From: Polyangiaceae bacterium
Lineage (GTDB): Bacteria > Myxococcota_A > Polyangia > Polyangiales > Polyangiaceae
Length of the DNA: 64,000 nucleotides
Reading direction: 5' to 3'
Assembly (NCBI GenBank): GCA_044376115.1
Contig: JBILLK010000019.1
Coordinates: 1-64,000, forward strand
Numbering within the stretch: position 1 is the first letter of the stretch; every line of letters starts with the position of its first letter. The notes beneath the pieces are model-generated. The model made no database searches and was not told the origin of the DNA. It worked only from the letters and a program-made list of their open reading frames with translations. Below are positions 56,919 through 64,000 of the stretch, in pieces. Position numbers and translations under genes: made by a program.

Positions 56919-57538
56919 ATCGCACCCCTCGCCGACGTGACCGCAGTCCTGCTTTGATGGATAAGGTCGCCTACGCGGTGCACACCCGCTCGTGCACCTT
57001 CTTGCTCGATACTAACGGCCTTTGCCACTGGATCGTTTCGCGCACTGGTGTGTTGCCCACCGAGGTCCGCGGCTGTGTTGGGGCGCAGTTCGTCGCTTGT
57101 TTGCACCCCGAGCTCGAGGGTTCGCTGGCGGGGGAGTTGGTGATCGGCGCGGCGGCTTTGTTCGTGAAGCAAGACGAGGAGTCTGGCGCTTTTGCGCTGA
57201 TGCGCAGCGGCGTCATCCTGCACGTCGAACAAAGGGGCGCGGCCAGGCAAAGCGTCGCCGATGGCGTCTTGAGCGACGATACCTTGGACTTGAAGGGCCC
57301 GCCGATGTCGGCGGTGCCTCCGCCGATGTCGGTGCCTCCGCCGATGAGCGGCTACCCGGCCTCGCGCGGTGGGGACACGATCCCTCCGCCCCCGGTCCAG
57401 CTGCCTGCGCCGCTCGAGATGGAGGAGCTCGATCTGGAGCCCGATCCTTCGGCTCCGCAGCTGCGGCCCATCGACCATGAGTCGACGGTGACCCTTACGT
57501 TGCCGCTGTTTCGTCCGGACGCGCCCCGTCGGGTGTAG
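56915..57538 (+). CDS. hypothetical protein with Pro-rich tail
   Basis: Overlaps the glgB stop (TTG start; alternative ATG 56957); globular N-domain (YAVHTRSCTFLLD..CVGAQFVACL) then PPMS repeats. Confidence 0.7.
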   Translation: MNRTPRRRDRSPALMDKVAYAVHTRSCTFLLDTNGLCHWIVSRTGVLPTEVRGCVGAQFVACLHPELEGSLAGELVIGAAALFVKQDEESGAFALMRSGVILHVEQRGAARQSVADGVLSDDTLDLKGPPMSAVPPPMSVPPPMSGYPASRGGDTIPPPPVQLPAPLEMEELDLEPDPSAPQLRPIDHESTVTLTLPLFRPDAPRRV

Positions 57539-57624
57539 CCCCGCGAGCCGGTGTTCCGCCGAAGGCGGTCCAGCCGTTTGGTTAACCGCCCGACCCGAAT
57601 TCGTGTACTTAAGCTGTATTACCC

Positions 57625-59028
57625 ATGAGCGACACACACGCCCAACAGCGATACCGTGTCCTTGAGCGACTCGCGTCGGGCGGCATGGCGGAGGTCTTCG
57701 TCGCCGAAAGCGCAGGCATCGAGGGGTTCAAGAAACGCGTGGCCATCAAGCGCGTCTTGCCTCACCTCTCGGAGAAGAAGCGCTTCATCTCGATGTTCTT
57801 GGATGAAGCTCGGCTCTCGGCCCAGCTCTCCCACTCCAACTGCGTGCAGGTGTTCGACATCGGCGTTGGCGACAACGCCTACTTCATCGTCATGGAGTAC
57901 GTCGACGGCGCCGATCTCAAGGGCGTCAACGACTACCTGAAGAACAACGGCCGGGTCTTCCCAGTGGAGATCGCTGTAGCGATCGCGATCCGCATTTGTG
58001 AAGGGCTCGCCTACGCGCACGAACTCACCACCTCGGACAACCAGCCGCTCTCGATCGTGCACCGCGACATGTCCCCGCCCAACGTGCTCATCACCAAGCA
58101 CGGCGAGGTGAAGATCGTGGACTTCGGTCTGGCCAAGGCCTCCAGCCAGCTCGAGAAGAGCGAACCCGGAATCATCAAGGGCAAGTTCAGCTACCTCTCC
58201 CCGGAGGCTGCGCGCGGTGAAGAAGTGGATCCGCGCACCGACATCTTTGCGGTCGGCATCATCTTGTGGGAGCTGCTGTCGGGCAAACGCCTGTTCATGG
58301 GAGACACCGACTTCGCGACGGTGCAGCTCGTTCAGCGCGCCAACATCCCGCCGCTCTCCGGCATCCGCTCGGATTCTCCGCCCGAGCTCGATCGCATTCT
58401 CAGTCGCGCGCTCGCTCAGGACGTTAAGTCGCGCTACGCCACGGCCCGTGATCTGGGTCGGGATTTGACGGCCTTCCTTTACCGCTTCGGCAAGCCGGTC
58501 AGCGCCTTCGATATCGCGGAGCTGGTGCGCGGGGCGATGTCGCTGCGCAAGCAGCGCAAGCCCGACAAATCGTCGAACATCATCGACAAGCTGATTGAAG
58601 AGGCGCTGTTCGAGTTCACCTCGTTGCAAGACAAGGCCGGTAACTCGCCCACGCCGGAAAAGCGTGAGGAGCTCAAGCTCGACGATATCGGCAAGTGGGT
58701 GGACGAGGTGAGCGCCTCGCAAATCCCCGCCCCCCGTTCAGACAGCGAGACGCAGATCCGCGCCAGTATCCAGCGTGCAACGCTCGAGATCGGTATCGGC
58801 AACCTGGCCGCGCTCGAGGATGACTTCGCAAGCCCAGCAACTCCGGAGCCCCAGCGTACCTCCGGCGGCCCGCCCCCAGCGGTCTACCCGGTGGGCCCCG
58901 CTGGAAGTAAGCGGCCGGAGGCGCTCGAGAAAAAGGGCGGCGTCTCTCCACTCGTTTACGTGATGGTGGTCGTGCTGCTCGGCGCGTTGGTCGCGGGGGC
59001 TTGGTTCCTCGGGCTGATTCCGCACTGA
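57625..59028 (+). CDS. Ser/Thr protein kinase, HRDxSP variant, C-terminal TM anchor
   Basis: ASGGMAEVF, VAIKRVLPHL, HRDMSPPN, DFGLAKA, KGKFSYLSPE. Confidence 0.93.
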   Translation: MSDTHAQQRYRVLERLASGGMAEVFVAESAGIEGFKKRVAIKRVLPHLSEKKRFISMFLDEARLSAQLSHSNCVQVFDIGVGDNAYFIVMEYVDGADLKGVNDYLKNNGRVFPVEIAVAIAIRICEGLAYAHELTTSDNQPLSIVHRDMSPPNVLITKHGEVKIVDFGLAKASSQLEKSEPGIIKGKFSYLSPEAARGEEVDPRTDIFAVGIILWELLSGKRLFMGDTDFATVQLVQRANIPPLSGIRSDSPPELDRILSRALAQDVKSRYATARDLGRDLTAFLYRFGKPVSAFDIAELVRGAMSLRKQRKPDKSSNIIDKLIEEALFEFTSLQDKAGNSPTPEKREELKLDDIGKWVDEVSASQIPAPRSDSETQIRASIQRATLEIGIGNLAALEDDFASPATPEPQRTSGGPPPAVYPVGPAGSKRPEALEKKGGVSPLVYVMVVVLLGALVAGAWFLGLIPH

Positions 59029-59077
59029 GTTTACACACCAGAGGGTTGCAAAGCAGCGGCTCGCGGCTTGGTGGACG

Positions 59078-59160
59078 GCGGGCGGGGTCCCCCCGCGAGC
59101 GCGCAGCGCGAGTTTGGGGGGACCGGGCGAGCGAAGCGAGACCGAGGGGGGCATCAACAT
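59078..59160. repeat. REP-like palindromic intergenic element
   Basis: Perfect 9-bp stem GGTCCCCCC (59086-59094) / GGGGGGACC (59116-59124) enclosing GCGAGCGCGCAGCGCGAG, followed by the related GCGAGCGAAGCGAG; between convergent genes. Confidence 0.55.
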
Positions 59161-59437
59161 TTGCCTCGTTGTTGAACGGGTTGGCCTGGAGACGGCCGTT
59201 CGTGTGGAGCCCGTGCGGCGGGCCACCGAGGGGATGCGTTTGGCGAGCGATGATCGCTGCGATTTTGCGGGCATTGGTCACGCTGGGCCGCCGCTCGCGC
59301 GTTGGGGCGATCGTCGATCGGGCTGGCGTGGGCGCCCATTCGGCCGGAGATAAACCATCTGCGGCCGTAAGCGCCGAACGGGGCGCGGTTGCTTGGCGAG
59401 GGGCGGACTCGGGCTGATGACCTGCCGAAAAGCGCCC

Positions 59438-60730
59438 TCAGCCGGCCTTCGCTGCTCGCAAACGCGGTGGGCGAATCACTGGCAGTTGCCAGACGTTGGC
59501 CGGAGGCGGCTCGGAGCGGACTTCGGGGCGCATGGCAATCCCGAAGGCGTCGAAGGCTTTTTGGCGTTCGGGGTTGAGCGCGGCGATGCGCTCGAGCAGC
59601 GTCTCGTAGCTGATGAAGAGCTCCTCGCGACAGCCGTCGCCGAGCTCTCGTTTCAACGCTAACTCGCGGGCGGTGGGCGTGCGTTTGGCGATCTCACGGA
59701 CGTAGGGCGCGAGCGCGCGGATCAGCGCGACGGCGACCTGCTCGGGGCGGGGGATTTCGCTCACCGATACGCCGCCGAGCAAGGCGGAGGTCATGCGCGT
59801 GCGGTAGGCCACGAGTTGGCCGATGTGGGTCGTGACGACGGACCAAATGCGGTGGAGCATCGATGCGTCAGTGGCGCCCAATTGCTCGCCCTCGGCGAGC
59901 GGATAGCCGGCCTTGTCCACGCGTGTGGCCGTGACGATTTGTGAACCTTCGCCGGTGAACACGAAGTCGATGCCGCTCGAGGGCTTCCTCGGGTGCGTCG
60001 AAAGCCGCATGCTGGCCTTCTCCGGCGTCAACATCACCTGCGTCACGAACAGCTGGGTGAGCCCAACCGACGAGGGGCGGGCTTTGCGCAAGAGCGGCTT
60101 GAGCATGAGCGAGATGCTGGCGTCGATGCCCAACACGGCGAGCTGGGGCGCGCGCGCGAAAATGTGGTCGGGCGGGATTTGCAGATCGAAGCGTGCATCG
60201 AGCCCGAACGGTGTGCGTGCGTAGAGCTCGGCTTGGGTCGGGCTTTGCGTACCGCCCGATTGCCAACGAATGCCCCACGCCGTCTCCGGTAGTTCGTACG
60301 ACGAGAGAAAGGTCGAGAGCGCTGGCAGTACGTGCGAGCGCGGGGCCTTGGCCAAGGCGGCGGAGATGCGGCTGTCGCGCGCGGCGAGCACCTCGCTGCT
60401 CGCCATTTCTACCGTGGACATCGCCGACTCGCGAATGCGCGCGAGCACCTGCTCACCGACCGGTCCGCTGCGCCCGAGGGTGGGCCGTTGCACCGGCGGC
60501 GGGGTGAGATCCTCCGCTCCGAACGCCGACTCGAGCCGCCTAACGACGCCGGCGATTTGCGCAAGCTCGCGGGTCGCCCGCTCTTCGGCCTCGCGCACCA
60601 ATTGGCTACACTCGGTCACCAGATCGTCCGCCCGCAGGATGGCTGCGCAGGCGTCGGTCCCGGCGCAGATGGTTGCCAGGAAGTTCTGCGGCAACGGGAA
60701 CGGTGTACAATCGGCGAACAAGTAGCGCAT
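59438..60730 (-). CDS. hypothetical protein
   Basis: 430-aa ORF with GC3-biased codons, ATG start, helical N-terminal half; no recognised motif. Confidence 0.8.
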   Translation of the reverse strand: MRYLFADCTPFPLPQNFLATICAGTDACAAILRADDLVTECSQLVREAEERATRELAQIAGVVRRLESAFGAEDLTPPPVQRPTLGRSGPVGEQVLARIRESAMSTVEMASSEVLAARDSRISAALAKAPRSHVLPALSTFLSSYELPETAWGIRWQSGGTQSPTQAELYARTPFGLDARFDLQIPPDHIFARAPQLAVLGIDASISLMLKPLLRKARPSSVGLTQLFVTQVMLTPEKASMRLSTHPRKPSSGIDFVFTGEGSQIVTATRVDKAGYPLAEGEQLGATDASMLHRIWSVVTTHIGQLVAYRTRMTSALLGGVSVSEIPRPEQVAVALIRALAPYVREIAKRTPTARELALKRELGDGCREELFISYETLLERIAALNPERQKAFDAFGIAMRPEVRSEPPPANVWQLPVIRPPRLRAAKAG

Positions 60731-60949
60731 GGGGCCTCACGGGACCCGAATCTCCTTAAAGACCCGGGAATTGCGCTGTCACAGCAAGCCACATACCGCT
60801 CTGAATCCGACTCGTGGCAACGGATAGAAACAGCTGGGTTGGATGCCGTTGCACTTGAGATGCAATCCTTCAACAACGACGGCCGGGATGGATGGACCAG
60901 TGATCCATCAGGACTGAGCGGGCGGGGACCGATCGCCGTCACCCTCCGC

Positions 60950-62245
60950 TCAGTCGGGCGCGAAGCTCAGTTGGGCGGTGAAGCGGGTCGTGCCGTCGGG
61001 CTTTGCGGGCAGTAGGAGGTCGGCGGTGGCGGCGATGGAGCAAGCGATGACGCCGGCGTCCGGGAGGTCTGCTTCGGTGGTCTGCAGCTGCGCGACGCGG
61101 CCGTCGCGTAGGACCACGCCGCGCACGGTGATGCGGCCAACAAGGTTGGGGTTCGAGGCGCGGCCAAGGGCTGCGCAGCGGAGCAACGCGGGCTCGAGCG
61201 AGGGGAGGGCGGCGCGGAGGGTCGGGACGTCGACGGGGCCTTGTGCGCTGACGGCGCTCCAGCGGACCACGCCAGCGGAGGCGGCGGGGACGCGGGGCTG
61301 AGCCGGCACGGAGGCGTCGTCAGCCGCAAACGGTCCGCCTTTGGCACCGGTTCCTGGGCACTGGGCGAACGGTGAAGCCGCGCCAAACATGGGCGGCGCG
61401 CCGCCGCTCGCTGCGAGCAGCGTGACGCTGGGCGAGCGCTCCCGCAGCGCCTCGAACCCGGCGACGAGCGGTGATGCCATGGTGGCGGCGTCGCCGCTCG
61501 GCACGACCCGAAGCGCGTTGGCGCAGGCGCCGTCGAGCCCTTCGCAGCTGTCACGGATCGCGCTGCGCAGCTCGTCGACGGTCTTCACCTCGCGCGCAGG
61601 CTTGGGCAGCCTGCAGCCGACGCGGCCGAGGAAGCGCAGCCGCCAGCCGCTGCCGTTCGCCTCGAGCTCGGCCACGTCCAGCGGCGTGTTGCCCGCGGCC
61701 TGCGAGTCGAAGCGGCTCGCCCCGACGGTCACGGTCGCGTCGAAGCCTGCGTGATTGACGGTCGCGACGGCGCTCAGCGCTTGTGCGGCGCTCAGGTCGG
61801 AGGCGAGCTCGATCGTCGCGTTGCCGGTGAAGGGGCGGTCGGGGATGAGCATGATCACGTGCTCGCGGTCGAGCCGGAGCCAGCTCTTGAGCGCCGGTTC
61901 GATGGCCACCTCGGTGCGCGATAGCGCCACGTCTTGCAGGCGCTCGCCGTTGACTTCGAGGCCCGCCGTCGTCACGCGCAGCTTCGGGCTTCGCAGCGGC
62001 TGGTCGAGTGGTTCGCCCTTCGCGATTCGTTCCTGCTCGCGCAGGAGCTGATCGCGATCGGGTGCTTGTTTGTCGGCAGCCCGTACGCTCTTCGGCGCGG
62101 AGCCCGAGCCAGCGGCGGAGCTCGAGGCGCTCGAACCGCCCTTCGAACCAGGCCCGTTGCAGGCGCCGAGCGCGAGGAGCGCGAGCACAAAATATCGAGC
62201 GTTGCGGCTTCGCGACGTGAGCGATCGGTTGTTCTTCAAGCTCAT
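60950..62245 (-). CDS. lipoprotein with ExbD-like region and AgmX/PglI-type C-terminal domain
   Basis: LGAC lipobox; LRVTTAGLEVNGERL..SDLSAAQALSAVATVNHAGF; C-terminal LLRCAALGRASNPNLVG...VIACS. Confidence 0.72.
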   Translation of the reverse strand: MSLKNNRSLTSRSRNARYFVLALLALGACNGPGSKGGSSASSSAAGSGSAPKSVRAADKQAPDRDQLLREQERIAKGEPLDQPLRSPKLRVTTAGLEVNGERLQDVALSRTEVAIEPALKSWLRLDREHVIMLIPDRPFTGNATIELASDLSAAQALSAVATVNHAGFDATVTVGASRFDSQAAGNTPLDVAELEANGSGWRLRFLGRVGCRLPKPAREVKTVDELRSAIRDSCEGLDGACANALRVVPSGDAATMASPLVAGFEALRERSPSVTLLAASGGAPPMFGAASPFAQCPGTGAKGGPFAADDASVPAQPRVPAASAGVVRWSAVSAQGPVDVPTLRAALPSLEPALLRCAALGRASNPNLVGRITVRGVVLRDGRVAQLQTTEADLPDAGVIACSIAATADLLLPAKPDGTTRFTAQLSFAPD

Positions 62246-62253
62246 CTTCCAAT

Positions 62254-62634
62254 TCAACGTCTCTTGCAGCCCACCGGAACAGCGCTAGGCGGCACAACCT
62301 GATCGCCAATCAGTACCTCGTCCGGGGTTACACCTTGAAGGCTCAACTGGACTTCGATGCCGGTCGTCGCGACGTCCAAGTGTGTAGTGTGATGGGGCGG
62401 ATCGACAAAGATGCCGCGAATCATCGTCAAAAGGAAGAGCTTGCCGCGCACGATGGCGACTTCATCCATCACTCGAAGTTGCCCATCGACCACGCCTCGT
62501 ACCAGCGTGCCGATGCCCTGGATCGAGTCGATGTTCGTGACGACCAGCTTGAAGGCGTTCTTCTGCAGGTTCGTCGGGTGGTGCTCGACGGTCACGACCG
62601 CCTCGGACTGGGTCGGGAGCGGCTCAGCGACCAT
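62254..62634 (-). CDS. stand-alone EF-Tu domain II-like beta-barrel protein (possibly 3' part of a frameshifted gene)
   Basis: FKLVVTNIDSIQGIGTLVRG..VMDEVAIV..TMIRGI..LDVATTGIEVQLSLQGVTPDEVLIGDQV parallels EF-Tu domain II; no GTPase domain. Confidence 0.65.
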   Translation of the reverse strand: MVAEPLPTQSEAVVTVEHHPTNLQKNAFKLVVTNIDSIQGIGTLVRGVVDGQLRVMDEVAIVRGKLFLLTMIRGIFVDPPHHTTHLDVATTGIEVQLSLQGVTPDEVLIGDQVVPPSAVPVGCKRR

Positions 62635-62899
62635 CCCAAGTTCCTCCCAACTGAGGTCGAGGATGCTTTGAACGCCTGCTTGCGATTCGCGTAGCCGCAG
62701 CGCACGAGGAGGCGGAGCTCTTCGAGGACAGTCTCCGGTAGGTCCATGACCGCGACAGTAGCCGCTTCTGCGTCTCAGGGTCCGACCACGCGCAGCCCTC
62801 ACCAATGCACAGTCGCAGCCCAGCGCTCTTCGCCGCTGGCAGCTGGCCGACCCCGGGCTCACTGTTGTGTCCAGCGTGGGCCAAAGCTAGCTCGCTGGC

Positions 62900-63841
62900 A
62901 TGCTCTCTCACTCCAACCCGCTCTGGAGGTTCGCCTTCTCCGCCTCCTTGGTCGTCGGCTGTGCCGGCGCGCCTGGAGCCGCACCGCGTGACGTCCCGCA
63001 GACCTTCTCCGAGGAGAGCGAGCTTCACCTGGGCATGTATGCGACGTGCATCGTCGATGGCGGCAAGCCGGTGTGCTTCGCGGTCGACTCGAGCGAAGGC
63101 AGCTACGACAAGGCGAGCACTCGGCGGCCGTCCGAACTCGGGTTCCTTGGCACCGTCAAGCGGTTCGCCTTCAATGGGAAGTACGGCTGCGCGATTACCG
63201 AGGACGATGGGGTCGCGTGCTTCGAGGGCTCTCTCGGCGGCGACCTGAGGGCAGATCGCGAGGAGCCCTTTATCCACGACCATCTCGGCCCGCCGGTGAT
63301 GATCGTCGCAGGCGGCGATGGCTTTACCAACTTTGGCTGCGTGGCCGATGCGGAGCATCGCGTGGACTGCTTCTCCAATAACCTTGGCCCCTCGCCGACC
63401 GCGCTCCCTGCAGACACCAAGCTCGTGCAGATGAGCGCGGGCAAGAGTCACATGTGCGGCGTCACCCCGGCGGGCACGGTGCTCTGTTGGGGCTCGAACA
63501 ACTTCGGTGAGGCGGGGCATGAGGGCTACGATGCGCGCACGGTCGAAGGGCTACCAAGCAAGGCGCTCGAGACGTCGGCGGGCGCTTGCCACTCGTGCGC
63601 ACGCCTCGAGAAGGGCGAGATCTTTTGCTGGGGCTTCGGCGGCGAGGGCGGCGCGATTGGGCCCCAACCGGGGCCAGGCAGCGGCGGCAATGGTGGTGCG
63701 GGCGGTGAGGGCGGCGCCATTGGTCCCCAGCCCGCACCTGGCGGCGCAGGCGGAATCGGTGGCAGCGGCGGCGCTGGCGAAGGTGGGACTGGCGGCGCCA
63801 TTCCGCCCCAGCCGAACCCCGGCAACGGGGGCAGCTTCTGA
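62900..63841 (+). CDS. RCC1-like repeat lipoprotein with Gly/Pro-rich C-terminal repeats
   Basis: VVGC lipobox; SAGKSHMCG..GTVLCWGSNNFGEAG and SAGACHSCA..GEIFCWG repeats. Confidence 0.75.
   Translation: MLSHSNPLWRFAFSASLVVGCAGAPGAAPRDVPQTFSEESELHLGMYATCIVDGGKPVCFAVDSSEGSYDKASTRRPSELGFLGTVKRFAFNGKYGCAITEDDGVACFEGSLGGDLRADREEPFIHDHLGPPVMIVAGGDGFTNFGCVADAEHRVDCFSNNLGPSPTALPADTKLVQMSAGKSHMCGVTPAGTVLCWGSNNFGEAGHEGYDARTVEGLPSKALETSAGACHSCARLEKGEIFCWGFGGEGGAIGPQPGPGSGGNGGAGGEGGAIGPQPAPGGAGGIGGSGGAGEGGTGGAIPPQPNPGNGGSF
63638..63814 (+). repeat. coding direct repeats (GGEGGAIGPQP)
   Basis: GGCGGCGAGGGCGGCGCGATTGGGCCCCAACC at 63638 and GGCGGTGAGGGCGGCGCCATTGGTCCCCAGCC at 63701, partial third copy at 63791. 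Confidence 0.7.
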
Positions 63842-64000
63842 GCGGACGCCTTCGTACCAAGCGGCGCGCTACGAAGCTGCTGTCGAAGACCAAGGCCAAG
63901 CGTGGCCAGCAACAGCTGTCGCCCGACGCCGTCGACTGGTGCGCCCGCAACTTGCGCTGGAACATCCCGAGCGACGAGCTCGTGAAGACTCTCGTCAACG

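Noticed and set aside
57299..57349. Short tandem repeats as a possible CRISPR array (also 63638-63814)
   Set aside because: In-frame coding repeats with no unique spacers and no cas genes.
57625..59028. HRDMSPPN as sign of a pseudokinase
   Set aside because: The HRDxSPxN variant is common among myxobacterial kinases; the VAIK lysine, HRD and DFG are intact.
60731..60949. Possible ncRNA in AT-richer intergenic gap
   Set aside because: Only short inverted repeats (TTGCA..TGCAA; GATGGAT..ATCCATC); no recognisable RNA family, compatible with an ordinary promoter region.

Overview
GC-rich bacterial window, very likely Myxococcota (Polyangiaceae/Sorangiineae-like). This is inferred from six Hanks-type Ser/Thr kinases, PEGA/TPR proteins, AgmX/PglI-type C-terminal domains, many Gly/Ser- and Cys-rich lipoproteins and a three-gene ECF sigma module. 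It opens with a 5S rRNA and tandem terminators. Housekeeping genes include bioD, a molybdopterin oxidoreductase, pdxH, mobA, pyk, nhaA, a POT transporter, tamB, an aldehyde dehydrogenase and glgB. The most interesting elements are: (1) a 6.8 kb cluster (18.6-25.4 kb) combining a Rieske oxygenase, two paralogous HxD..H dioxygenase-like proteins, a glutathionylspermidine-synthase-like ATP-grasp ligase, a DUF350 membrane protein, a membrane protein with a Gly-rich C-terminal tail and a DUF1517-like protein, a candidate undescribed amine/peptide-ligation and tailoring system; (2) an nhaA-I (Li+) riboswitch preceded by a second structured RNA motif upstream of nhaA; (3) a Ser/Thr kinase apparently fused to ExbB-like and ExbD-like modules and coupled to a non-GAFTGA enhancer-binding protein. 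No transposase, integrase, tRNA or CRISPR array was seen. All family calls come from motif recognition by eye; no searches were run.
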